Shown here piece after piece: positions 1 to 10,090 of a stretch of DNA of 64,000 bases. The notes below the pieces were generated by a model. The model did no database searches, had not been told where the DNA came from, and saw nothing but the letters and a program-made list of their open reading frames with translations. The DNA lies in assembly GCA_002269645.1 (NCBI GenBank), contig NIVC01000563.1, forward strand, positions 1 through 64,000, given 5' to 3'. The position numbers and the translations under genes are program-made. Numbering within the stretch: the first letter of the stretch is position 1; every line of letters starts with the position of its first letter. Source of the stretch: Macrostomum lignano (lineage: Eukaryota).

Positions 1-1088
1 TCTTTTTCAATTGATTACAATTTCAATTGCAATTGTTTACAACTTAATGGCGAATCACAATTTTTGTTATGTGAACCGCTTTCAAAGGAGTCCTAAGATC
101 ATATATACACAAGATGGGCCACTCATTAACCACTTATATGGCCATAAAAGCTAATGTAAAAAATTTTGCAACTCGCGACAGCGCAAAAATCAACTACTGA
201 ACTCAATTTTTCAATTCTCATTTCATGAAACTCAATCTGATCCCGGGATTCTCGGGATCGGGATATCCCGGACTTTGCCAATCCCGGGATCCCGACGAAT
301 TGGGCCGAGATCCCGAGATCCCGGAATTGAAAAGGTTTCTAATTTTTGTTGGTGCAATTTTGCTTTACGAAGCTATCTAATATGATTTTAAAAGGCTTTC
401 AATGATAAAATTACAACAGAATAAAAGATTTTTGCAAACAAGAAACTGACAGTGAGCTCTGAATTGGAGTGGGATGTACGGGCTGGCGTATTAGACATGC
501 TTTTTTGCATTTCGGTATCAGCTCAGGAGAATCACACTTGATTGTGATGTAACCTGGGGAACGATAGCTTACAGAGCTATGGCGCGAGGTACTGATACCA
601 GGTTAGAAGGGGATCAGACCTCACCCTCCCAGGGGCACCCGCCATAGATAGCTTGGGTTGTGGTGCGATAGCAAGGTCCGGACTCCCACTGTTCTAATCC
701 CATCTACGGCCAAGAAGTTTTGAAGGTAGGGACTGCTTAAAGAAGTTCTGCCACCAACCCTATTCTGGGCATCTAAAGGGTGTCCTGACAGTGCTGAGAA
801 TGAGGTCTTTCGCATAGGAGGCTTCTGATCTGCGCAAGGTCGAGACTCGAGACCCCCCGACTTTAGCTGGGTTTGAGATAGAGGGAGAGTTCAAATGAAC
901 AATGATTTGACTCCCGTCTGGCAAGCTATAGCGCTGTGATAGGAAACAATGAGGAATTGGCTTCTATTGCTTTAGGCTCTGCTTACAGGTTTTTGATTAA
1001 TAATTACATTAGTCTGCGAGTAACAAATACATACAGCTGCACGTACATTGTTACACCTAAAATCTCCTTTACGATCTGCCAATAGCTT

Positions 1089-1855
1089 CAATATAGCTTT
1101 TTGCAGCCCATTTGGGCTTACGCGCATTGAATTTAATCCAAGATACGTTTGTAAATGTAACAGAGCTTTTGTCTATGGTAGAAAGGCTGGCACAGCGGCA
1201 TTTAATTTAGTCCAACAAGCATCAATTTGGTCCATTTAGTTCATTTTCAGCTCAGTCCCAGAATTGTGGACCATATGCTAGGCTATTGAACGAATGTCAT
1301 TGGCTTGTGATCGAAGCACTCGACGGAGGTGAACACCCAAAGGACATTGCAAGGTTGCTGAATGTAAAAGAAAAGGTGGTTTACAGCATCCAGCAGCGCG
1401 TTGAAACTCTGCCGGCAGAGATTGCCTGCGAAAGGGTGGCAATCGCCAAGGAAAGTTGCTCGAGAGCCTCAGGTCCAACTGCTACTCGATGCAGAAGAGA
1501 CGAACCCTTTGTTGACGTTGCAGAAAATGCAGCAGAAGTTGAGGGAACAGCTCCAGTTGGTTATCAGATTTTGATTATCAGCAGAGCTCTGGAAAAGCAA
1601 CTGAAAACTTTTGGTAGAGAAACTGACATTCCAGCGGTGCGCAACAACCTGCAGATGGTTGAGAGAAGGCAAGAGTTTGTCCAATGGCTCACGAGTGTTT
1701 GGACCAAATGGATGCTTGTTGGTCAATTTTGGACCAAATTAAATGCCGCTGCGCCAGCCTTGCTACCATAGACAAAAGCTCTGTTACATTGGCAAACGTA
1801 TCTTGGATTAAATTAAATGCGCGTAAGCCCAAATGGGCTGCAAAATTCTATATTG
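1089..1855 (+). mobile_element. Internally deleted Tc1/mariner-type DNA transposon with ~150-bp terminal inverted repeats
   Basis: 1089-~1237 is the reverse complement of ~1700-1855 (caatatagc..gcagcccatttgggcttacgcgcatt..gtccaacaagcatc vs gatgcttgttgg..aatgcgcgtaagcccaaatgggctgc..ctatattg); the right end is followed by TA. Internal ORF 1286-1771 begins with a Tc1-like HTH (LVIEALDGGEHPKDIARLLNVKEKVVYSIQQR); no intact DDE domain. Confidence 0.65.
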
Positions 1856-2616
1856 TATCCCTGAAGTCCTAGCCTTCTCACTAGCCTGCATGCTTAAAAG
1901 ATTAATAAATCAAAGCAAGACAAATGGGTGATGATTTTCACCTGACAAATTGCTCAGCTGCAGATACTACTACTCGAGAATGAATGATTGAATTATTGCA
2001 AACCGGGATCGGGATCCCGATGGTCAATCCCGGGATTTAGGCCCAATCGTCTTGCATTCTTATCGTTTTCTAGCTCAAAGGAACAAGAAGCATTCTGAAG
2101 CATTTAAATCTCTGAATCCAGCTGAAGATTTGGAAATCCGCCTTTGGTTTTGTCTCCTATTAACACCTAGCTGCATTGTTACTACTGAGCCCCTGCGGCT
2201 GCATCTGGAGCTGCCAATACTCATGGTCTGTCAACCAGCCAGCTTCTACTATGACAAGTGTCAAGGAGCCTCAACGAGCAAACATCCTTACTTTGGGATG
2301 TTTTTGTCGTGTCGTAGCAATAAGATGGACTCTTTTCTATTTAAGAGAGCTCTTAGCTGAGCGTAGAATACGAGACTGCAACTGATAGCCAAACCGGCCT
2401 TTATATTAACTTGAAAACGACCGACGGCAACATGCCGCCTACATTACGAGTACAGCGCGATCAAACTTTAAGCTTTAGCATATAGACAGAAAGATGCAAC
2501 GTGCCGCGCGTGCACACTAAGTATATTGGTAATGAGTACACTAGATATTAAGTACGCAGATACGCAAGGCGAGTCAGAGATAGTTGATGAGCCCCGCCAA
2601 GCGGCGACACATCCCC

Positions 2617-5584
2617 TCACCACGGAGGAGTGAGCCGCTCGGGGGGAACTCCTTTGTTTCCGCGTTCGCTACGCCTCGGCGCCGCCGGCACCTCGATTTC
2701 GGCGTTGGGGCTGCCCGACATCGGAGTCTCGGGCTCGACCGGAGTCTCCTCAGCCGCTGTCTCTTGTCCGCGCCCGGTCGCTTGCTCCTGCCCTGGCGTG
2801 ACCGTCAAGTCGAACGGCAGCGGCCGAATTTGGTCCCGATGGGCAAGGGCCGCCGGTTGTTGTCGCGGATGATCACCGCCGTGTTGCTGCCTGCTTGGAC
2901 CACAAAGCGAGCGGGCTCGGCCGTTGCACTGGAGCTTGGCTGGTAGACAACTGGTGCGTCGATCTCGAAGGTCATTGTCAGCGGACTCCTCAGCTGTCGG
3001 CCCATCAGCGCCGACGGGCTGCCCCGGCCGTCGCTCCTCGCCGTCGAACGGTAATTGAGCAGCAGCTTGGCCAGGTACGCTTCGAAGGAGCCGCGGTGCG
3101 CTGCAAATGCCCGGAGCCCGTGCTTCACCGTCTGGACCATGCCGCCTGGCGCGTTGTCAGATACCAAGGTCCGGGGCACGCCTAGCCTCGAGAAGATCGC
3201 CCGCAGAACCTGCAGCGTCGTTCTGGCCGTCCTGTCGGGCACCAGAACCGCCTCCGGCCAACCAGAGAAGGCGTCCACCACGATGAGGAGGGAGCCGGCT
3301 CCTTGCACGTGCGCGTGGTCGATGTGCACCCGCTGCCACGCCGTGGTCTCCGCTGGCCAGGTGTGCGTCGTGCGGGCTGGTGGTGTGCGGATCTCCGCGC
3401 ACTTCACACACTGCTTGACGTATTGCTCGACGTCATCGCAGTGGCCTGGCCACCAGGCCTCTCGCTTCAGCGGTTGCGCGTCGCCAGCGCTCCGCAGTGG
3501 GTGTCGCCGTGTGCCGCTTGCAGCAGCTGAGGTCGCAGCGCGGCTGGCGGCACCACCAGGTCACCCATGCAGATGACGCCGTCCTCGACGGACAGCTGCT
3601 GGCGCACGCTCTTGAAGGGACGCTCGGCCGCAGAGCAGTTGCTCCAGACGTTGTCGCGGATCCGGCGTTTGATGCCCAGCAGCACTGAGTCGGTCGCCGT
3701 TGACTGCTGAACGTCCTCGAGTTTTAGCACGTCCGTCTCTGTCCAGTGGATAACACTCTCGACCACCTCCGGTTGCTCGAACTTCTCCTCGAACTCGAGT
3801 CTCGAAATCGCGTCGACATGTGGGATGCTTCTTCCGCGGACGTACGCGATATCGTAGTCGAAAGCAGCCAGTTGGATCGTCCACCGCGTGATTCTCGCAG
3901 ACGTGACTTTCGGATCTCCTTGGCTCCAGCGGCTGATGGTCGCAGTTCAAGGTGAAATTGGCGCCCAGCAGAAAGTGTCGTGCTCGCTGAGTCGCCCACA
4001 CGATGGCGAGGGCCTCTCGCTCGATTTTGGAGTAGTTCTGCTCTGCCGCTGTGAGCCGTCGAGACAGGTAGATCACCGGGTGCTCGTCTTGAGTCAGGAT
4101 GGCCGAGATCGCTTTGTCACTGGCGTCTGTTGTCAGTGTCGTGCGCTTCGAAGCATCAAAGACTGCGCACTACTGGATACACTGCCAGAGCCTTCTTGAG
4201 GTCGTCGAATGCCTTCTGCTGGTCCTGGCCCCACTTGAATGGTGTCTGCTTACTTCTCAGCTTCGTGAGTGGCTCGGCCCGCTCAGCGTAGGCCTGGACG
4301 TACCGCGCGTAGTAGTTTGTGAGCCCCAGAAAGGATTCGAGCTCCTTGCGGTTCATCGGCGCACGGGTCTGCTGAACTTTTCCCACCAGCTTCGAGTCGG
4401 GCCGAACACCATCAGCGGAGATCTTGTACCCGAGGAATGAGATCGCGGTTCTTCTGAAGACGCACTTTCGCTCGTTGATCTGCATTCCGGCCGCCTTGAG
4501 CCTGCGCAACAGTTTCTCGACCTTCTCGTCTAGCTCGGCCTCGGACCTGGCTCCGACACAGACATCGTCCTGGTAGATGACTAGGTTCGACACCAGACCA
4601 CCGATCGTTGCTTCCATGGCCGCCTGGAACTGTGCGCTTGGCGTCTTCACGCCGTTGGGCATCCTTGTCCAGCGTAGCAGTCCAATCGGGGTGTTGATGG
4701 TGAGAATTTCCTTTGAAGCCTCGTCCAGCTCGAGCTGATTGTACGAGTCCGCCAGGCGATGGTGCCGAAGTGAGACATTCCCGCAAGCTCGCAGAACGCC
4801 GTCTCGATGTTGGGCAGCGGATAGGAATCAGCACAGATCTTGGGGTTCACCCGATCTTGTAGTCGGCACAGATCCTGATGTCGCCGTTGGGCTTCCTCAC
4901 GACCACGATCGGAGACGCCCACTGACTGCCGCCTGGCGCGACTGACACCAGAACACCGCTGTCGATGAGCTTCCGGAGCTTCGTGATGACCAGCGGCTTC
5001 AGGTGAATGGGCACTGGTTGCGCCTCGAAGTAACTCGGCCGGACATTGTCCCTCAGCAGGATGCGCGCCTTGAAGGCATTCAGCTTCCCGAGAGGCGTTT
5101 CCTGCGCCTGCCCCACGTGGTTGAGACAGACAGCGTCCAGATCGAACTGCAGGAGGGTCTTGCTGCAGGCCGCGACCGTGACTTCCACGCACGCAATCTT
5201 GTTCTCCAGTTCGACAGCCGCTGTGAAGCTGCCGAGAGTCTTGATGATCGAGCCATCAAACTGGCGAAGCTGGCGCCTGCACTTCCGCAGCCGGGGCTCG
5301 CTGAGCTGCTTCCAGAAGTTCTGTGGGATGATGCTGCTGTCCGATCCCGAGTCCAGCTGCATCGCCAGAGCGTGACCGTCAATCAGCACGGTCTTCAGGC
5401 TGCTGGTCTTGTGCTGCTGGGTGCTAATGACAGAGAAGATGGGTCCATCCTCCGTTGCCTCGGCCGCCTCGACTTCGTGAGCTGATCTGGGGGCGGACTT
5501 GCACACCGCCGCGAAATGGTTGCGCTTGCTGCACTTGTTGCAGGTCTTGCCTCGAGCTGGGCAACGGCCGGGTTGGTGCTGCAT
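2617..5584 (-). pseudogene. pol: Gypsy pol (PR-RT-RH-IN) broken into several frames
   Basis: ORF pieces 4847-5584 (PR, RT start), 4156-4662 (YQDD RT), 3561-4076 (RNase H), 3467-3766 and 2805-3407 (integrase) are collinear and separated by small frameshifts. Confidence 0.9.
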
Positions 5585-6257
5585 TCCGCAAGAGCTGCAA
5601 GTTGCTCGTCCATCTAGCTCGCCTGTTCTTGTCGATGCTGGCGATGGAAGCAGGCGCTAGGGCTGCAGTCTCCCCTGTTTTCTGACTGTCCGCGCCGCCG
5701 TACTGCTGGATCAACTCGAGTTGCTGGATGAACTCGACGCTGCTGTCGAGAACCACCGGCTGCGATGAGCCCTGAATGTGCTCCAGAATCCGGCTGCGGT
5801 GCTGCGCATTGTGCAGCCCGCTGACGAGCATCGTCTGCATGAGCTCGTCCTCGGCAGACTGGTGGCTGTCCTCCGCATTCAACTGGTCGAATTCGCAGAA
5901 GCGGGCGGCATCCCGAAGTCTCTGTGCGAAGGCCTGCACTGACTCAATTGGCTCCTGGCGCATCGACATGAATATCGATCGTTCAGCAATGACAAGCTTC
6001 TTCTTCGGGAGAGTCTTCTCGATTATCAATTTTTTTATATCTGCGAAGTCCATCTCCTCCAGCTCCTTAGGCTTTGCCATGACGCTGACTATCCGCACTG
6101 CATTCACGCCGGCTTTCGCCAGGAAGAGGTCAGTGACCTGCCGATTTTCTGCGCTGTCCGTGAGATTTTTGCTGCGGCTGAGAGCAGCGAAGCTTCGTAG
6201 CCAAGCTTCCGTCATTGCGGGGTCGTTCAGCGGCAGGTCGTCTGATCGCGACGCCAT
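5424..6257 (-). CDS. gag: Gypsy gag (capsid) ORF; joins the zinc-knuckle/protease frame through a 1-nt shift near 5598
   Basis: ERSIFMSMRQEPIESVQAFAQRLRDAARFCEF is the typical retrotransposon gag motif; continuation C-S-S-C-G..C-P-A..C-N-K-C..H..C lies in ORF 4847-5584. Confidence 0.85.
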   Translation of the reverse strand: MASRSDDLPLNDPAMTEAWLRSFAALSRSKNLTDSAENRQVTDLFLAKAGVNAVRIVSVMAKPKELEEMDFADIKKLIIEKTLPKKKLVIAERSIFMSMRQEPIESVQAFAQRLRDAARFCEFDQLNAEDSHQSAEDELMQTMLVSGLHNAQHRSRILEHIQGSSQPVVLDSSVEFIQQLELIQQYGGADSQKTGETAALAPASIASIDKNRRARWTSNLQLLRNAAPTRPLPSSRQDLQQVQQAQPFRGGVQVRPQISSRSRGGRGNGGWTHLLCH

Positions 6258-6285
6258 TGTCGTGTCGTAGCAATAAGAAGGACTC

Positions 6286-7424
6286 TAATTGATCTTGCCG
6301 TCGAAGGGTTGCAAACAGCCTTGACCAATCGATATTTAAGTAGAGTGGCAATTACGCTCGTATAGCTCGTATAACAGCATAAAGAGAAGCTGATACGGTC
6401 GAAAGTGCCAAATAATTGGAATGCAATGAAGTCTAATGTAGCACAAAAACGCGCGGCGAACTGGTCAACGGCGGAACTGGAGACGCTGCAAGAAGCAACG
6501 ACCGAACGGAAAAGTTACCTGGAGAGCCCCGCAAATACTGTCAAAGCGAATTTTCGCAAAAACGCGGATGGCAGCAAATTGCCGATATCGTGAATGCAGT
6601 CGGTGGACAAGGACGTTCTGGAGAGAACTGCCGAAAGCGGTGGTCTGACTTCAAGAGTCAACTGAAGAACAAAGTAGCCAGCATCCGCAAGGAGCAAGCT
6701 AAGACAGGAGGCGGTCCATCGCAGGCCCCACAGCTGTCGAGTTTAGAGGAGAAGGCGGCGCAGTCCATCCGAAAACAGGTCGTGGAAGGCGTGCCACGTG
6801 GTGTTGACACGCTGCAGCTGCCTAAATCCAACAGTGCAGCATCAAGCTCGGCGGCCAAGTACATTGATATCGCAAGTGCGCCTGCTGATGAATTTTCCGA
6901 AGCTGTTGGCAGAAGCGCATCGCCTGAGTACGAGACAGCTTACGACGAAAAAAGTGAAGAGTCTGTTGCTAACCCCGCTGCCAAGAACACGAAGCGTCAG
7001 CGAAAGCAGAGCAAACTTGGGCTGATCGAAAGCTTAGAAATAAAACGTCTTCGGGTGGAGGAAGCTCGATTGGAAGTTGAAAACGACAGATTGTTTGTCG
7101 AGAGAGAGAGGCTGAAGATCGAGACGGAACGTCTACGCGTTGAGCAGGAAAGACTGACGACTGAATGAAGTCGGCGCTGTGCATTTTCACAACTAAAGAG
7201 TGACTTACGACAGGTCCGACCTGTCTTAGATTTACGGCGGAACTTAAGAAGCCGAAGTGACTTACGAAAGTTTCACCGAACGCAAATTACGCGTGCGCGA
7301 TAACTTAAGAAGCTTCTTAAATCTAAGAACGGTCTTAAGAAACGATGGTTTCACCAAACATTTTACGACACGGCGCGAACGTAAGTTTGAACTTAAGGAT
7401 ACGCAAGCTTTATAGAACGGGCCC
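6286..7424 (+). mobile_element. Truncated PIF/Harbinger element (right end only)
   Basis: Carries the Myb/SANT ORF. Ends ..gctttatagaacgggccc followed by TAG, matching GGGCCC-type Harbinger termini and a 3-bp target. AT-rich subterminal cttaag repeats at 7200-7400. No matching left TIR seen. Confidence 0.55.
6423..7168 (+). CDS. Myb/SANT-like DNA-binding protein (PIF/Harbinger ORF2 type), one frameshift at ~6556-6560
   Basis: KRAANWSTAELETL..(K)RGWQQIADIVNAVGGQGRSGENCRKRWSDFKSQLKNKVASIRKEQAKTGGGP, then an acidic coiled-coil tail. Adding one A to the AAAAA run joins ORFs 6405-6593 and 6590-7168. Confidence 0.8.
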
Positions 7425-7589
7425 TAGTAGACTATTCTACTACAAATATATCGCAAGAATTTACACTCGTTTAAACAACATTCGGTTCCCGACTTTCGCG
7501 TCACGTCAGAAAGTTTTCAACTTTTTAGCAATAAATTCATAATATCTCAGCTTCTGGACTTCCGAATTGCAACTGAAGTAGGTGCGTGT

Positions 7590-7945
7590 TGGCGGCAGAA
7601 GCATCCAGAGATGTATCTTTTGCGAGTTGACAGCCAACATAGTAGTTTGCTTGGCGTCAGGAGCATCCAAAGACGTCTCTTGAGAGTCGACAGCCACCAA
7701 AGTAGCTTCCTTAGCGACAGGAGCCACCAGAGACATCTTTTGAGAATCGACAGCCACCAGAGTAGTTTCCTTGGCGGCAGGAGCCACCAGAGACGTCTCT
7801 TGAGAATCGACAGTCACCAGAGTAGTGTCCTTAGCGGCAGGAGCCACCAGAGACGTCTCTTGAGAGTCGACAGCCACCAAAGTAGCTTCCTTAGCGGCAG
7901 GAGCCACCAAAGACGTCTCTTGAGAGTCGACAGTCACCAGAGCAA
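7590..7945. repeat. 60-bp minisatellite (two 30-bp subunits), ~6 copies
   Basis: gagtcgacagccaccaaagtagcttccttagcggcaggagccaccagagacgtctcttga repeated. Confidence 0.9.
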
Positions 7946-8496
7946 GATCTACACCAAGAGTCAAAACAGGATGCCTTGCATAAGAACTTTGGAGCTTGGC
8001 TGTTTAGTTTACATGTACGCTCGTACGTTCAGTTTACTGTTCAGTTTATTTTCTTTACTGTTTAACCTTTGTCAACTATTGAAGTTGCTATCTTTGAGAT
8101 AAACTATGTCAAATACTTCTAACCGCTATGCACAATAGTTCACGGTCATAGAAGACCCCAACCAGCGCCATGCTAAATTCTTGGCCAAAAACGTCTTTGA
8201 CAATTGCTAGCACAAATGATGAGTATTTTCCGATTGCCGTATTTGGCAAATGCGCTTCAGTACGATCGAGCGCAGTGCTTTTGTATTTTTAGATGCAAAC
8301 TTTGTACACGAGAGGTTAACAACCAAAAAAGTCTTCCCCCCAATGGATTTCCAGGGGGAGGAAAAATGATTTCTGCTGTACCAATAAACAAGTACATTAC
8401 GGTTGTGAATCTGCAGACTAGAGAAGCGTGGAACAAAAATAGAACAAGCACTAGCAGACAAGTAGAGGTAAGTCAAGGGCTATGAGGCTATGAGGC

Positions 8497-10090
8497 TCAG
8501 TCCCTGTGCAGCTCGGTGAACAGAATCCGGTGCTGCTTTGGCTGGTGCACGGCGCCGTCCTCGCCGATGAAGATCTCGCTGAGCCTCGGTCGCTCCTTCT
8601 CCGGCAGCTCCAGCTGGAAGTTCTGCACCAGGCTGGCCAGGAAGACCAGCATCTCCATGCGGGCGAGGCTCTCGCCCATGCAGCCCCGCTTGCCGGCGCC
8701 GAACACGAGGCCGTCCATGGCCGGGCTGCGGCAGTAGCAGCCCTCGGCGTCCAGGAACCGCGCCGGCCGGAACGTCTCCGGCTCGGGGAACAGCTCGGCG
8801 TTGCGCGACACCGCGTAGGCGTTGGCGCCGACCACCGTGTCGGCCGGGATACGGTAGCCGCCGACGCTGGTCTCTCGGACTGAGTGGCGCATGTTGAGGG
8901 GCACCAGCATGCAGAAGCGCAGCACCTCGTCCCAGAAGGCGCGGGTGTAGTGCAGGCCGGCCTGCTTCTCCAGGATGGTGTCGCCGAGGTAGAAGAGCTC
9001 AGCGCGGACTTGGTCCTGCACGTCCTGGTGCTTGGCCAGCAGCAGGGCGGCCCAGGTGAGCGCCACGGCCGTGGTGTCGGTGCCGGCCACGAAGAAATCG
9101 GCCACAATGTCGCACAGATCGTCGTCAGTGAAGTAGTGCTCCGATTCGGGGTCCTGGTGCACCTGCTCGCGGAGGAAGGCGGTAATGAAGTCCTCGGGCT
9201 GGTCGGCCTCGTTATTGTTGAAGTCCAACTTCTCCTTGTGCCAGGCGATCTCGCGCTTGCAGAAGGCCTTAATGAAGGCGTAGCCCTCGGCGAAGCTGGC
9301 GGAGCCCGGCAGGGCCTTCATGACGTCCGGGTGGCCCTCCAGCCAGGGGAACATCATGGGGAAGAACACGAGAGTCAGGCTGATGTTGGTGACCATGCGG
9401 GCGCTGTCCAGCTGCCTGGCGAACTCCGGCTCGCTGTAGTCGAACCGCTTGCCGAACACCAGCTGGTTGATGACGTTGGACACTGCGCAGGACATGGCGG
9501 CGCGCGTCTCCACCGGCTCCGAGCATCGCGACCGGAGATCGTCCACCAGGTGAGTTGCCTCACGGAGGATGTTGTCCTGATTGGGGGGAGAGGGGAGTAA
9601 CAGTGCTTGATTTGGAATGCCTGAATGATTGGATGGGCTGCACCTGAACTCAACCATGATCAGCTGCGTCTCTCACCTGCATCTGGATCTTGCCGAAGCC
9701 CAGGTCTCGCAGGATGCGATGGCTGAACCGGCGGTGCACCTTCCAGCGCTCGTAGTCGGCCATGAAGATTCCTTTGCGGGCGCCGAAGGTCTTGAGGAAT
9801 GGCAGGTTGATGTGCTCCTGAAAGTCCTCGTGAGTGAGCACCTGGCGGAACATGGCCGGGTCGCCGACGATCACGAAGGTGGCCGAGCCGACGCCGAAGG
9901 AGTAGACCGGGCCGAACTGGCCGTGCAGCTCCAGGGTGCGGTGCATCGGCAGCTTGCCCGGGTTCGCCAGCGTCCACTTGGTGGCGGTCGGCAGGTCGCC
10001 CAGAATCGGCACTCCGGGCCCCGGGATCTTCTTCTTGAGCTTCTCCGGCTCGTCCGGCCGGCCGAAGATCGAATCCTTGATGAAGTTCAT
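8497..10090 (-). CDS. Cytochrome P450, clan 2-like, 2 exons (10090-9677, 9576-8497), ~497 aa
   Basis: PPGP-like IPGPG hinge, C-helix WKVHRRF, I-helix AGTDTT, K-helix DEVLR, PARF, heme motif FGAGKRGCMG. A 100-bp GT-AG intron (9676-9577) joins Q|D in frame. Confidence 0.95.

Larger units (their letters stand above)
2305..6285 (-). mobile_element. Ty3/Gypsy LTR retrotransposon (Mag-like), frameshifted, 5' LTR truncated
   Basis: Minus-strand order gag (6257-5424), CCHC knuckles (CPARGKTCNKCSKRNHFAAVC), protease (LDSGS), RT (WASPIVVVRKPNGDIRICADY; YQDD), RNase H (YLSRRLTAAEQNYSKIEREALAIVWA..DHQPL), integrase (HGDTHCG; RVHIDH..VVDAFSGWPEA..LVSDNA). 3' LTR ~2305-2609 with TG..CA ends, preceded by the PPT GGTGAGGGGATG. 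The first ~28 bp of this LTR recur at 6258-6285, directly upstream of A-TGGCG (PBS overlapping the gag ATG). Confidence 0.95.
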
